Shown: positions 28,920 to 37,997, numbered from the stretch's first letter. The stretch: DNA of 64,000 nt from a virus (IMGVR_UViG_3300047320_000132:3101-67100); one strand, 5' to 3'. Numbers and translations: made by a program. The notes: generated by a model not told the origin, from the letters alone.

Positions 28920-30188
28920 ATGTTACAACCCAATGATGAATTCCTTTTCACCCGGCAACGTCACGAAGCTGATGTAATGGGCCTTCACTACGATCTCCGA
29001 CTAGTTCATGGAGATAAGGCGTACTCCTTCGCAACGCTCAAAGACATGCCTGGTCCAGGTGAAATCATTGCAGTCTACGAACAACCTGTTCATGACAGAG
29101 CGTATGCGCTAAGCAAGAAAGTGGTTATCCCTACTGGCCAATACGGTGCAGGTGTTACTCATTTAGATTGGGTTAGAAAAGCAATCGTAGCTCCACACAG
29201 TACAGAAACCTCGCTGGTTATATTCACCAAAGATGGTCAGAAGTTCCTGCTTAAGAAATCTCCGACTAAAGAAAATGAAAAATCGTGGATTTTCAGGAAC
29301 ATTACGGGAATGGGTAAAAGTCAGAACCCTTACCTTAAGAAAATAGAAGAAGGTATGGATAAACAAGCATCGTTTATCGGCGGTGCAATCGCTACTCACT
29401 TACTTCAAAATGTAGCTACGAATGTGGCTTTGGGAAAACGTCGTGTGTCACGCTATCTGGCCAATTCGTTTGCCCAAGGCGCTCACGGTGTCGTAGATAA
29501 TAGCATCAAGGCAAGAGCGCTGCGTACTGCACTTGGCGCAACCCTGCCGGATATCTCAGTGGCTCATAAGTCGATGCATGACTTAGGTCGTGCTGTAGGT
29601 GGACTTACTGCCCATGCAACTCCTCGCCAACGCGTAGCTGTTAGGATGCTTACGCAAGGTCGCTTCAACGATCTAAAAAAATACGATTTGCATAGAGACC
29701 CTGTAGTACAAGCAGTTCATAATCATGTCAGCAAACATCTCGGTCTGCCTTCGCTTGACCATGTTATGAGTAAAGCCGATGACGTGGCTAAGTTATGGAA
29801 AGATAAAACTCATCCGTTGCTTTCCAATATTGCAACCAATATTACGAAAGGTGCAAAACCACAGGGCAAGCATTTTGTACCGGGGCATCTTACTGCCAAA
29901 CCAGGTTTGACGGGCGCAGTTGCAAGCTTTGCTATCGATCCCGCTGCGGGTAGTTTAAACACAGCCAAAAATCTTATGGCTAGTAAAAAAGTGGCGAATA
30001 ACAAGTACGGTAAGAAAGTGGTTGATATGTTGAATAATCAATTTATCAAGAAACCGATTAAAGCTGGAGTGGAATCTGAAGGTCGTATTTCACAGCTAAA
30101 AAATAAGGCGTACAAGTTAGGGGTTAACCCTCTTTCAGCTCATCTAAAAAGAACATCGTCGGCGTTAACCGATGTTCTCAAGGATTAA
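28920..30188 (+). CDS. LigD-type 3'-phosphoesterase domain fused to a basic head-protein-like domain
   Basis: QRHEA..GLHYDLRL, VHDRAY, IPTGQYGAG; linker NPYLKKIEEGMDKQAS. Confidence 0.8.
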   Translation: MLQPNDEFLFTRQRHEADVMGLHYDLRLVHGDKAYSFATLKDMPGPGEIIAVYEQPVHDRAYALSKKVVIPTGQYGAGVTHLDWVRKAIVAPHSTETSLVIFTKDGQKFLLKKSPTKENEKSWIFRNITGMGKSQNPYLKKIEEGMDKQASFIGGAIATHLLQNVATNVALGKRRVSRYLANSFAQGAHGVVDNSIKARALRTALGATLPDISVAHKSMHDLGRAVGGLTAHATPRQRVAVRMLTQGRFNDLKKYDLHRDPVVQAVHNHVSKHLGLPSLDHVMSKADDVAKLWKDKTHPLLSNIATNITKGAKPQGKHFVPGHLTAKPGLTGAVASFAIDPAAGSLNTAKNLMASKKVANNKYGKKVVDMLNNQFIKKPIKAGVESEGRISQLKNKAYKLGVNPLSAHLKRTSSALTDVLKD

Positions 30189-30319
30189 TTCCAGCATATT
30201 AATACCAATATAGCAATCGTTATTATTACATCTATAGGATGATGTAATAGAATTTGAAGTAGTGACATGATAACCTCCAGGTTTAGTACATTACTTATAC
30301 CAATTTAGCACATAGGCAA

Positions 30320-31777
30320 ATGAATAAGTATCTAGAAAAAATAGCCCGGAAGCAGAAAAGCGATCTTCGTCCAAATCAGATTGACGCACTTGAGCATCTT
30401 GAAAAAGAGAAAGGTGTTGTCCTTCATCATAGCCTTGGTAGTGGCAAGACAAAAACGTTCCTTAAAGCGGTGGAACATTACCAGAACGAAAATCCGAAGA
30501 AACGAGCATTGGTTATCGCCCCGGCGAGCCTTGTTACTAACGTTGACAAGGAATTGCTCAAGCACAAGATCAACCTTGACAAGAATAGGCTTGACGTCAT
30601 GAGCTACGAGAAGGCAGTAAACGAAGCTCATAATCTTCGCAAGAACGATTATTCGATCGTAGTTGCCGACGAGGCTCACAGACTTCGCAATACGAATACT
30701 AAACGTACCAAAGAGCTTCGTGACATTATCAGCGGAGCGGATCGACGTCTTCTAGCTACCGCTACGGGTAACTACAATAAGCTGTCTGATATTTCAGCGC
30801 TCGTTAACATCGCTGCTAATGACGATGTTCTTCCTGAAGATTCTAAGAAGATGGAAGAGCGTTACACTAAGGACGAAATTGTCAAGCCTGGGTTTAAAGA
30901 ACGGCTTCTTGGTGCTAAACCTGAAGCTGTTAAAACACTTGACCGTCGTAAGGAACTTAAAGAAGCGCTTCAGCGGTATGTGAGCTATTACGATAGCAAG
31001 GATGATCCTGAAGCCAAAGATCATTTCCCTTCCAAGACTGAAAAGAACGTGGATGTAGAAATGTCCCCGGAACAGTTGAAGTATTACAAGTTTACTGAAG
31101 GTAAGATTCCGTTCCTGCTCAGAATGAAGATTCGTCACAACCTTCCGTTGGACAAGAAAGAGAAGTCGAGTCTCAATGCTTTCTCGACAGGCGTGAGACA
31201 GGTTTCCAACGGCTACAAGCACCTCAAGGCTGATGGCAAGGGTGAGTACTCACCTAAGATCCAAAAGGCCGTAGCGAGCCTCCAGGACGGTCTGAAGACG
31301 GATAAGAACTTCAAGGCTCTCGTATATTCAAACTATCTTGATGCGGGTCTGAAGGATTACTCTAAACGACTGCAGGAACTGAAAATTGACCATGCTATTT
31401 ACGACGGCTCCCTTTCACGTAAAGAAAAGGATGAATTGGTTAAACAGTACAACTCTGGTAAGAAGAAAATTTTGTTGATTTCTTCATCTGGTTCAGAAGG
31501 ACTTGACAGTAAAGGCACCAAGCGTGTACAAATTCTTGAGCCTCACTTTAACAAGAGCAAAATCAATCAAGTAGTTGGCCGTGCGGTTCGGTTCGGAAGC
31601 CATGACCATTTACCCAAAGAAGAACGCAAAGTAGAAGTTGAGCATTTTCACAGCGTACATCCTAAGCCGCTTTGGGGTAAGACGCCGTACAGTATCGACA
31701 AGTATCTGTCAGAGAATTCTGATACGAAGCAGGACCTGTTTGACGAAGTTAAAGATTTGATGAAGAAAGATGACTAA
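30320..31777 (+). CDS. SNF2-family helicase/ATPase, NKYLEKIA-tagged
   Basis: HSLGSGKT, DEAH, SGSEGLD, QVVGRAVRFGSH. Confidence 0.9.
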   Translation: MNKYLEKIARKQKSDLRPNQIDALEHLEKEKGVVLHHSLGSGKTKTFLKAVEHYQNENPKKRALVIAPASLVTNVDKELLKHKINLDKNRLDVMSYEKAVNEAHNLRKNDYSIVVADEAHRLRNTNTKRTKELRDIISGADRRLLATATGNYNKLSDISALVNIAANDDVLPEDSKKMEERYTKDEIVKPGFKERLLGAKPEAVKTLDRRKELKEALQRYVSYYDSKDDPEAKDHFPSKTEKNVDVEMSPEQLKYYKFTEGKIPFLLRMKIRHNLPLDKKEKSSLNAFSTGVRQVSNGYKHLKADGKGEYSPKIQKAVASLQDGLKTDKNFKALVYSNYLDAGLKDYSKRLQELKIDHAIYDGSLSRKEKDELVKQYNSGKKKILLISSSGSEGLDSKGTKRVQILEPHFNKSKINQVVGRAVRFGSHDHLPKEERKVEVEHFHSVHPKPLWGKTPYSIDKYLSENSDTKQDLFDEVKDLMKKDD

Positions 31778-31988
31778 TAAATACCTAACCAAAATTGCTT
31801 CTGACCTAGCTACGGCAGAGAAGAACGAAAAAGACGAAAACGATGATGTAAACAAGTATTCGGAAGAATTGAAGAAAGCCAGAAATCCGAAACTCGTCGC
31901 AGCGTTGAAGTTTGCGTTACCAGAAGAAAAACAACACAGGGCTAAATTTGAGGCTGCTGTTGCAGCTATCAAACAAAGAGATCACTGA
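31770..31988 (+). CDS. Half-ferritin (encapsulated-ferritin EncFtn-like), NKYLTKIA-tagged
   Basis: E-x6-Y-x9-P-x-L-x-A-x-L-x5-EEKQH matches EncFtn ferroxidase spacing without gaps. Confidence 0.7.
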   Translation: MTNKYLTKIASDLATAEKNEKDENDDVNKYSEELKKARNPKLVAALKFALPEEKQHRAKFEAAVAAIKQRDH

Positions 31989-33349
31989 TGAACAAGTACC
32001 TAGAAAAAGTAGCAACCGAACTTAAGGAACCAGCTAGCCCTGAGGGGCTTGGCTTTGACTTGTCTAAGGGCGATGAAAAGGAACTGTATAAATGGCTTAC
32101 AGCGGTGACTCTTTTTTCTAGACCTATTCAGCGTTCTGTAGCAGGTATGGCTGCAAAACATATGGCAGAACAGGGGTTCCACTCACCTGAAGCTGTTGAA
32201 TCAGCTGGTTGGGAAAATCTTCGTGACAACCTGGTCAAAGGACATTATGGCCGATTTGATGAATCCACAGCTACGACGATGCTTGCACAAGCAAGGCATC
32301 TAAAAGAGAAATACGGAACGATTGGTAATCTTATCGATAGCCGTACGCCTGAAGAGATTCGTGCTGAAATTCAAACGTTCCGTGGAATCGGTCCACTTGG
32401 AAGTCAGCTATTTGTCGAAGGTGTCAATCCGTATCTGGGTCAAATTCAAAAGCAAGCCTCTGCTGAAAACTATCAACGTCACAAATACGTTGAAGGTGAT
32501 TGGACTAAGCTTGAGCATCCAGTTGCATCAAAGAAATGGGACGGCGCTCACTTTATTTTGACAGTTCAGCCTGACGCTTCTCTTACGTTTCACTCACGTA
32601 GAGAGAGCGTTAAAGGCGGATACCCGGAGCGTTCTTCACAATTGCCTCACCTTGCAAAGCAGATGCCTGACTATATCGGTAATCAATTTGCAGTAGAACT
32701 TGTGCATACCGGACTTGCTAAATCCGAAACGGAATCACATCCGACGGTTTCAGGTATTCTGAATTCGCTTGCACCTCGTGCAATTGCAACTCAAGCTGAG
32801 AAGGGTCCAGTTAGAGCCGTGCTTATCGATGTCAAGAATCCCGATCTTGCTACATACAAGGATAAGATTGAGTACATCAAGAAATTCGAAAAGGATTTTG
32901 GAAATAACGAAGTGATGTTTGCACCTCACCTTGAACATGGCGTTGAGAATATCAACAAGTACCTCGACAAGATTAAAGGGGATAAAGGTGAAGGCTTGAT
33001 TGTTGCTGACTACGAACAACCAGAAACAGAATCAGTACGATACAAAGTTAAAAACTATGTGACATATAATCTGAGAGCACAGGGTCAGCAGCAGGAAATC
33101 GACATTAAGGGAAATCCTAAAGATAGTATGGGAGCTTTGTATCTATACGATGCTTCAGGAAAAATGGTTGGAAAGGTTGGAACGGGGTTTGATAGAGAAA
33201 CACGAATCAATGCACGCAAGCATCCAGAGATGTTTGATGGAAAATTGATCCAGGTTAGAGCGTATCCGCCAAGCGTACCGGGAGGCCAGATAAGATTCCC
33301 GGTCTATAACGGATTTGCTGATGGGGAAATTGACCGAGTCCATCTTTGA
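31988..33349 (+). CDS. lig: HhH-domain protein fused to ATP-dependent DNA ligase, NKYLEKVA-tagged
   Basis: HhH-like FRGIGPLG and YGRFDE; ligase KWDG, GEGLIV, YKVK, GKVGTGF. Confidence 0.88.
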   Translation: MNKYLEKVATELKEPASPEGLGFDLSKGDEKELYKWLTAVTLFSRPIQRSVAGMAAKHMAEQGFHSPEAVESAGWENLRDNLVKGHYGRFDESTATTMLAQARHLKEKYGTIGNLIDSRTPEEIRAEIQTFRGIGPLGSQLFVEGVNPYLGQIQKQASAENYQRHKYVEGDWTKLEHPVASKKWDGAHFILTVQPDASLTFHSRRESVKGGYPERSSQLPHLAKQMPDYIGNQFAVELVHTGLAKSETESHPTVSGILNSLAPRAIATQAEKGPVRAVLIDVKNPDLATYKDKIEYIKKFEKDFGNNEVMFAPHLEHGVENINKYLDKIKGDKGEGLIVADYEQPETESVRYKVKNYVTYNLRAQGQQQEIDIKGNPKDSMGALYLYDASGKMVGKVGTGFDRETRINARKHPEMFDGKLIQVRAYPPSVPGGQIRFPVYNGFADGEIDRVHL

Positions 33350-33434
33350 CCTTTAAATTTGGTATAAGAAAATTGTAAGGAAATAGATTTATTCCTTACG
33401 CTATTCTAACTATACCTTTTTCGAAGGACCAACA

Positions 33435-34208
33435 ATGTCAACCTCTATTGCCAAGCAACAAGTTATGAAGGCTCGCAAGCCGAAGGTGGTCAATGTGGAA
33501 TCGCTTGAATACGTAACGAACTCTCACGCCGTGTATCAGTTGCTTCAGAAGTACGGCGGCGGTTTGTCCCGTTCGGATCTTTGCACCGGGCTTGTTCATG
33601 ACAAGTCTGACATCAAAGAACAGGCGATTGATAACGCTTTGCTCCATCTGAAAGACAATGGATTTATCCGCGCAGAGATCAGCGCTGGAGGCGGAGGTCA
33701 CAAGCTGTATTACATCAACGAAGACGTCGAGTACAAACCTCGAAAGCTGGCGCACAAGGTCGCTCGAAAGGTCGCACCTAATGACGTGAAAGCCCAGAAG
33801 GCTATCCGTCGCATGACGAGAGTCAAGCCAGTTTTGGCCCTCGTCGAAGCCCAACAAGCCCTTCCGTTGGAGAAAGTCAATGGTGCCGAGCCTGAGAAGG
33901 AAGTTACCGTATCGCCCGAGGCGCAGCCTGTTCAACCTCAAGATGCGAACCTTAAAGTCACGCCGAAGGCTCAGAGGAAATTTGGAAAGTTTGAGTTCGT
34001 TCAAGGGATGGCTGCACTGGATCCGGACAGCCCGCACTTTGGACAGACGGCGCGTGAGCTTGCTAAGAAGGTGGTCGGTAAAGACGGAACTGAATTCGAG
34101 CCGAAAGCCTACATGTTCTTCGAATTCGGAGAAGGATCAGTAGTTCTGACCCCGAAACAGGCGTACAGTTTGTACAAGGAACTTCACAAGGCATTCGGTC
34201 AAAATTAA
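33435..34208 (+). CDS. Winged-helix DNA-binding protein
   Basis: LSRSDL...AIDNALLHLKDNGFIR...YYI pattern; promoter at 33360. Confidence 0.6.
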   Translation: MSTSIAKQQVMKARKPKVVNVESLEYVTNSHAVYQLLQKYGGGLSRSDLCTGLVHDKSDIKEQAIDNALLHLKDNGFIRAEISAGGGGHKLYYINEDVEYKPRKLAHKVARKVAPNDVKAQKAIRRMTRVKPVLALVEAQQALPLEKVNGAEPEKEVTVSPEAQPVQPQDANLKVTPKAQRKFGKFEFVQGMAALDPDSPHFGQTARELAKKVVGKDGTEFEPKAYMFFEFGEGSVVLTPKQAYSLYKELHKAFGQN

Positions 34209-34215
34209 GGTGGCT

Positions 34216-34320
34216 CTCAGGCAGCGGTTCATCAAGGCGGATTCGGCCCCGAGTCCCGCTTCCGCTGCCCGAGGAGGTTGAGGAGTACGTCCCCCTCCAG
34301 GACGTATCTCCTCTTTTTTT
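34216..34320 (+). ncRNA. Candidate structured RNA: long GC-rich hairpin plus terminator with CCUCC loop
   Basis: ggcagcgg (34220-27) pairs with ccgctgcc (34262-69) around an inner stem; terminator gaggag-tacgtcc/ggacgta-ctcctc-T7. Confidence 0.4.
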
Positions 34321-35482
34321 AGCCTTCTATTTTGATAGGCGTTCTATCGTTGATTTCACCACGTTCAAGCGCAGCCAAAACTTCTGCTTCAGAAGCGAAT
34401 GTTCTAGGCGATTGATCCATATCTGGCTCAGTCAAAGCCATAGATCCAATAACTGCTTCGTGACCCGGTGCAACCATCGAAGCACCCTGACCTTTACGGT
34501 AATCGTAAATGTGTTGTTGTGGCAGAAGTTTCTGCTTGGCTTCTTCAACAGCTTCCGGCGTCATCGGAACGTGCAAAGTCAAAGCATCCCCGTCAAAGTC
34601 GCCTGCATACATCGGCAAGTGCAATGGATTAATACCAAGCGTCTTACCTTCGATAGGCACAGGATAGTGAGCAGTAATGTTCGTTCTCATCAGAGTCGGA
34701 GCACGGTTAAGAATGACCGGAACTTGTTTGATCATTTTATTAAAGCTATTCGTTGCACCAACATCACGATTTGCTACTGCCTTCCTTGCGGCCATCATGT
34801 CGTAGCCGTTACGAACCAGATCCCGGATTATGTGAAATTCATACATTGTCCACAGCATGTCTTTCGGAGCAGCAACTTCGTTAAAGCCGAGATTAGGCTC
34901 AGCATAAATCGTTGCACGGCCAGAGAAGTCTTGCTTCTTCTTCAGTAGCTTGTTATGGAAGAAACCACCTTTAGGCCCGGTATCGCCAGCAATTTGCTGG
35001 ATATATCCTTTCAACTCCTTACCACGAGCGCCACCTGATACTGCGTCACCAAGACCGAACACAGCCTTAAGACCGTTGTAAGCGTCTTTACGTTCATTGA
35101 TAAGCATGTCGTGAGGCAATATATCTACGTTGCCTTTCAAGCCGTTATTAACAAGCATGTGGTCACGATAAAGCGTATTAACGTCAGCAAATTCGATACG
35201 GTTACCACCCATTGGGATGCTTGGACGTACAAGCGGCGGAGTAACAGGAACATTGTGAATGACGTATGCAGTTTCAGGACGCAGATCCACTTTCTGCAAA
35301 CCTGCGAGGTACTTGATCTTTTTTACGATTGTGTCTTTTTTAGATGGCGACTTGGTTTCTTTAATTTCTGCTTTAAGGGCTTTAATCTGTGCATCTACAT
35401 CGATAGTAGAAAGCATTTGGTGCAAAGCATCGCCAGACACCGCAAGGCTATCTGTATCAATTGTGTCATTAGGTTTATTCAT
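34319..35482 (-). CDS. rpoC: RNA polymerase beta-prime middle part with catalytic DxDxD
   Basis: PVTPPLVRP, KQDFSGRATI, LNRAPTL, YAGDFDGD. Confidence 0.92.
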   Translation of the reverse strand: MNKPNDTIDTDSLAVSGDALHQMLSTIDVDAQIKALKAEIKETKSPSKKDTIVKKIKYLAGLQKVDLRPETAYVIHNVPVTPPLVRPSIPMGGNRIEFADVNTLYRDHMLVNNGLKGNVDILPHDMLINERKDAYNGLKAVFGLGDAVSGGARGKELKGYIQQIAGDTGPKGGFFHNKLLKKKQDFSGRATIYAEPNLGFNEVAAPKDMLWTMYEFHIIRDLVRNGYDMMAARKAVANRDVGATNSFNKMIKQVPVILNRAPTLMRTNITAHYPVPIEGKTLGINPLHLPMYAGDFDGDALTLHVPMTPEAVEEAKQKLLPQQHIYDYRKGQGASMVAPGHEAVIGSMALTEPDMDQSPRTFASEAEVLAALERGEINDRTPIKIEG

Positions 35483-35500
35483 GGTTTTAATTTTAAAGCG

Positions 35501-36133
35501 TTAAGAGCTGATAGTCAAAATTCGTCTTACTCGTGGAATTTTAGATGCTGTACCGTTTAGGTATTTAACTGCCCCTATCCACACGTTGCCATCACTGTCA
35601 AGACCTATTTGCGTAAGTGTTAAATCTATCTGCAATCTTTGATTGGGAGAATTTGCGTTATATGTAAGAGTTGAAGAGTAATACGTGGACTGCCCGCCTG
35701 GACTTGTCGCAGGTTCATTTTGAATAAAAGGCTGGGCGCTACCGTCCAATAAAGTCGCAGTTAATCGGCCAGCACCGCTATACGTTCCCCAATAGATTAC
35801 AGCGGTACGAGAGGTCATATCTGCAGGCATAGTAAATCTAAGACCTTGACCCACTATTGCCGTGGTATGATCTACTCCAATCCCTTCTCTGACAGCCGTT
35901 CCGGAAGCTACTGGAGTTCCACTAGTCCAGGTATATCCTAAACCAAATCCGAATCCGCTAATAGTTCCGCCAGTGCCTAGCAATGTCGGTGAGCTTATAG
36001 TAGAACCTCCTCCGCTCTTTCTATTGTAAGTAAGAGTTTGTGCAAATTCAATCCAGTCGGTTTGTACAGGACTTACAAGACTGAAAGTTTCAGTGCCAGT
36101 AAGTACTGCAATAGATCCAGTAAGTGTACCCAT
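35501..36133 (-). CDS. Putative fibre tip / carbohydrate-binding beta-sandwich protein
   Basis: G/S/T-rich beta composition; end of the fibre cassette. Confidence 0.5.
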   Translation of the reverse strand: MGTLTGSIAVLTGTETFSLVSPVQTDWIEFAQTLTYNRKSGGGSTISSPTLLGTGGTISGFGFGLGYTWTSGTPVASGTAVREGIGVDHTTAIVGQGLRFTMPADMTSRTAVIYWGTYSGAGRLTATLLDGSAQPFIQNEPATSPGGQSTYYSSTLTYNANSPNQRLQIDLTLTQIGLDSDGNVWIGAVKYLNGTASKIPRVRRILTISS

Positions 36134-36663
36134 TATGTTCTTGTTCCCACTAGGTTAAATCGTACGTTTGCAAGCGTAGTGTCTGCCGTAGCTGGTCCCA
36201 CGATTTCAAAAATATCACCGATTGCAAAACTTACAGTGGATGAAAAAGTAAGAGTAGCTACACTACCGCTTGCTGCAAATACGGCAGTTCCGATAGATGT
36301 GCCGTTCTTTGTGAACGTAATAGTTGTCGATGCAGTAGCAGAAGTTTTAGCGTCTACTACACTTCCAGTAAGGTTTGCCGGTAACGAAAATGCTCTTCTA
36401 GTATTTATAGAAGTAAGTGTTTCAGCATTTGCAAAACCGCCTTGAACGAAAAGAATTATATCAAAGGGCGTACCTGGAAGGCCTGCAGCTAAGGTTACAT
36501 CGCCAGTACCAGAATCAGCACCAGTGAATGCTGAAATTGAAATACCAGTTCCAGCCAGCACCTTTGTAATAACAGCGCTCCCTGCGGTTGTGGTATTCAG
36601 ATCTGCTCTTAATACAGTTCCGTCAGCGCCTTGGGCTCCAAGATTAATCTGTGTGCGTGCCAT
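36133..36663 (-). CDS. Tail/head fibre component
   Basis: MARTQINLGAQ start similar to MAQTLIRGSTQI of 36900..37997; G/T/A-rich. Confidence 0.55.
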   Translation of the reverse strand: MARTQINLGAQGADGTVLRADLNTTTAGSAVITKVLAGTGISISAFTGADSGTGDVTLAAGLPGTPFDIILFVQGGFANAETLTSINTRRAFSLPANLTGSVVDAKTSATASTTITFTKNGTSIGTAVFAASGSVATLTFSSTVSFAIGDIFEIVGPATADTTLANVRFNLVGTRT

Positions 36664-36903
36664 TTATTCTCTCTTTCGTCGTTCAGGCTGAATAGTCTCT
36701 TTTAGCTCTGTATTAGCCTGCTCTAATTTTAGAATTCTTTCCTTGAGATGGGCAATAAGTTCCGCATCTTGAAGAACACGATTAGTCAGGCGCTCCTTCT
36801 GAATTTCCAACATCCACACGTTAGAATATAAAACGCCCAGCTCGTTTTGCATCTTTCCGAGCCAGGCGTCTTGTTCAGGTACTACGTTTGTATTATTCGT
36901 CAT
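36664..36903 (-). CDS. Small coiled-coil protein (possible fibre chaperone)
   Basis: Heptad-like LKERILKLEQANTELKE. Confidence 0.5.
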   Translation of the reverse strand: MTNNTNVVPEQDAWLGKMQNELGVLYSNVWMLEIQKERLTNRVLQDAELIAHLKERILKLEQANTELKETIQPERRKRE

Positions 36904-37997
36904 TTCCAGTAATATGCTCTTAGCTTGTCCCCGCTCAGCGGAGCGAACAGCATAGTTATGGCTGTTCCGCTAATAGTATAGTCGTTTCCTGATCCGGGTT
37001 CAAGTAGCATACCGTTCAGGAAAAGCTCAAGAGATGAAACCTGCGGAGTGCTGACAAGCGTAAATGCAGTGTTAGCACCGTTAACCGTTCCGCCAGGAGT
37101 TTCATTGTTAACCATATTCGTGTACTTCGTGAAACCAGTGCCAGCAGTGTTGTTAACAGTGAAAACGCCAGCATTCGAGATGGTTGCGTCACCGCTTGCG
37201 CTAACCCATGCAGCTTGGTTTGAAGCGTTGGAAACAATTAGCTGGGCGGCAGAAGAAGAGTTAGTAATACCTACTCCACCAGCAGCAACGGTTAGCAACC
37301 CTCCAGTAGCAGGAGAAAGTGTAACGTTGTTCGAACCGTCGAAAGTCATACCGTTACCGAGCTTCACAGCAAAGGTAGAGCCTGTAAGCGAAATACCCTG
37401 ACCATTACTATACGAAGCGCCTGATGTGTCCTGCACCCAAGCCGTAGACGTTGTATCGACCGTAATTGTGCCGGTGTTAGTGCAGTACCATTTACTGTTC
37501 TTGTACGTAGTGCCATCAGGATCGACGAGAACGTACGCTCCTTCCTTTTGTGTCGTTGCTGCAGCCCAGTCTGAGGGACGAGTCCACGAGCCCGTCTGAA
37601 CCGTCCATAGACCGTTCTGTGAGCCTGTTGTCTGTGCAGTTAGAAGCACACGATCATTAACAACGAGAGCTACGCCGTCGATAGTCTGAGTACCCGTAAG
37701 TGTAACGTTTGCAGCAGATAAAGCACGTACAGCATTCTTGAAGCTAAGGCCGTTTGCCAAAGCATCAACGTAAGATTTTGTAGCACTGTCGGTTCCATTG
37801 ACAGGAGTACCGAGGTTTGTGATTGTAAATCCACCCATGCTGAGTGAAGCACCCATAGCAACTGAACCGGTCGAACGAATAAACGTTGCGCCGTCTTGAA
37901 GTTGTGAAGTGGCGAGATTAAGGCTCGACACAAAAGCTGAAGCCGGGATTGTCCCGGCCATTATCTGCGTCGAACCGCGAATTAGAGTTTGGGCCAT
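36900..37997 (-). CDS. Tail fibre protein
   Basis: TNLGTPVNGTDSATKSYVD, LVVNDRVLLTAQT..QNGLW, LFLNGMLLEPG..NDYTISG fibre modules. Confidence 0.8.
   Translation of the reverse strand: MAQTLIRGSTQIMAGTIPASAFVSSLNLATSQLQDGATFIRSTGSVAMGASLSMGGFTITNLGTPVNGTDSATKSYVDALANGLSFKNAVRALSAANVTLTGTQTIDGVALVVNDRVLLTAQTTGSQNGLWTVQTGSWTRPSDWAAATTQKEGAYVLVDPDGTTYKNSKWYCTNTGTITVDTTSTAWVQDTSGASYSNGQGISLTGSTFAVKLGNGMTFDGSNNVTLSPATGGLLTVAAGGVGITNSSSAAQLIVSNASNQAAWVSASGDATISNAGVFTVNNTAGTGFTKYTNMVNNETPGGTVNGANTAFTLVSTPQVSSLELFLNGMLLEPGSGNDYTISGTAITMLFAPLSGDKLRAYYWK

Noticed and set aside
32950-32980. Internal INKYLDKIK in the ligase
   Set aside because: It lies just before ligase motif IV, where a helix is expected, and lacks the terminal Ala; probably coincidental
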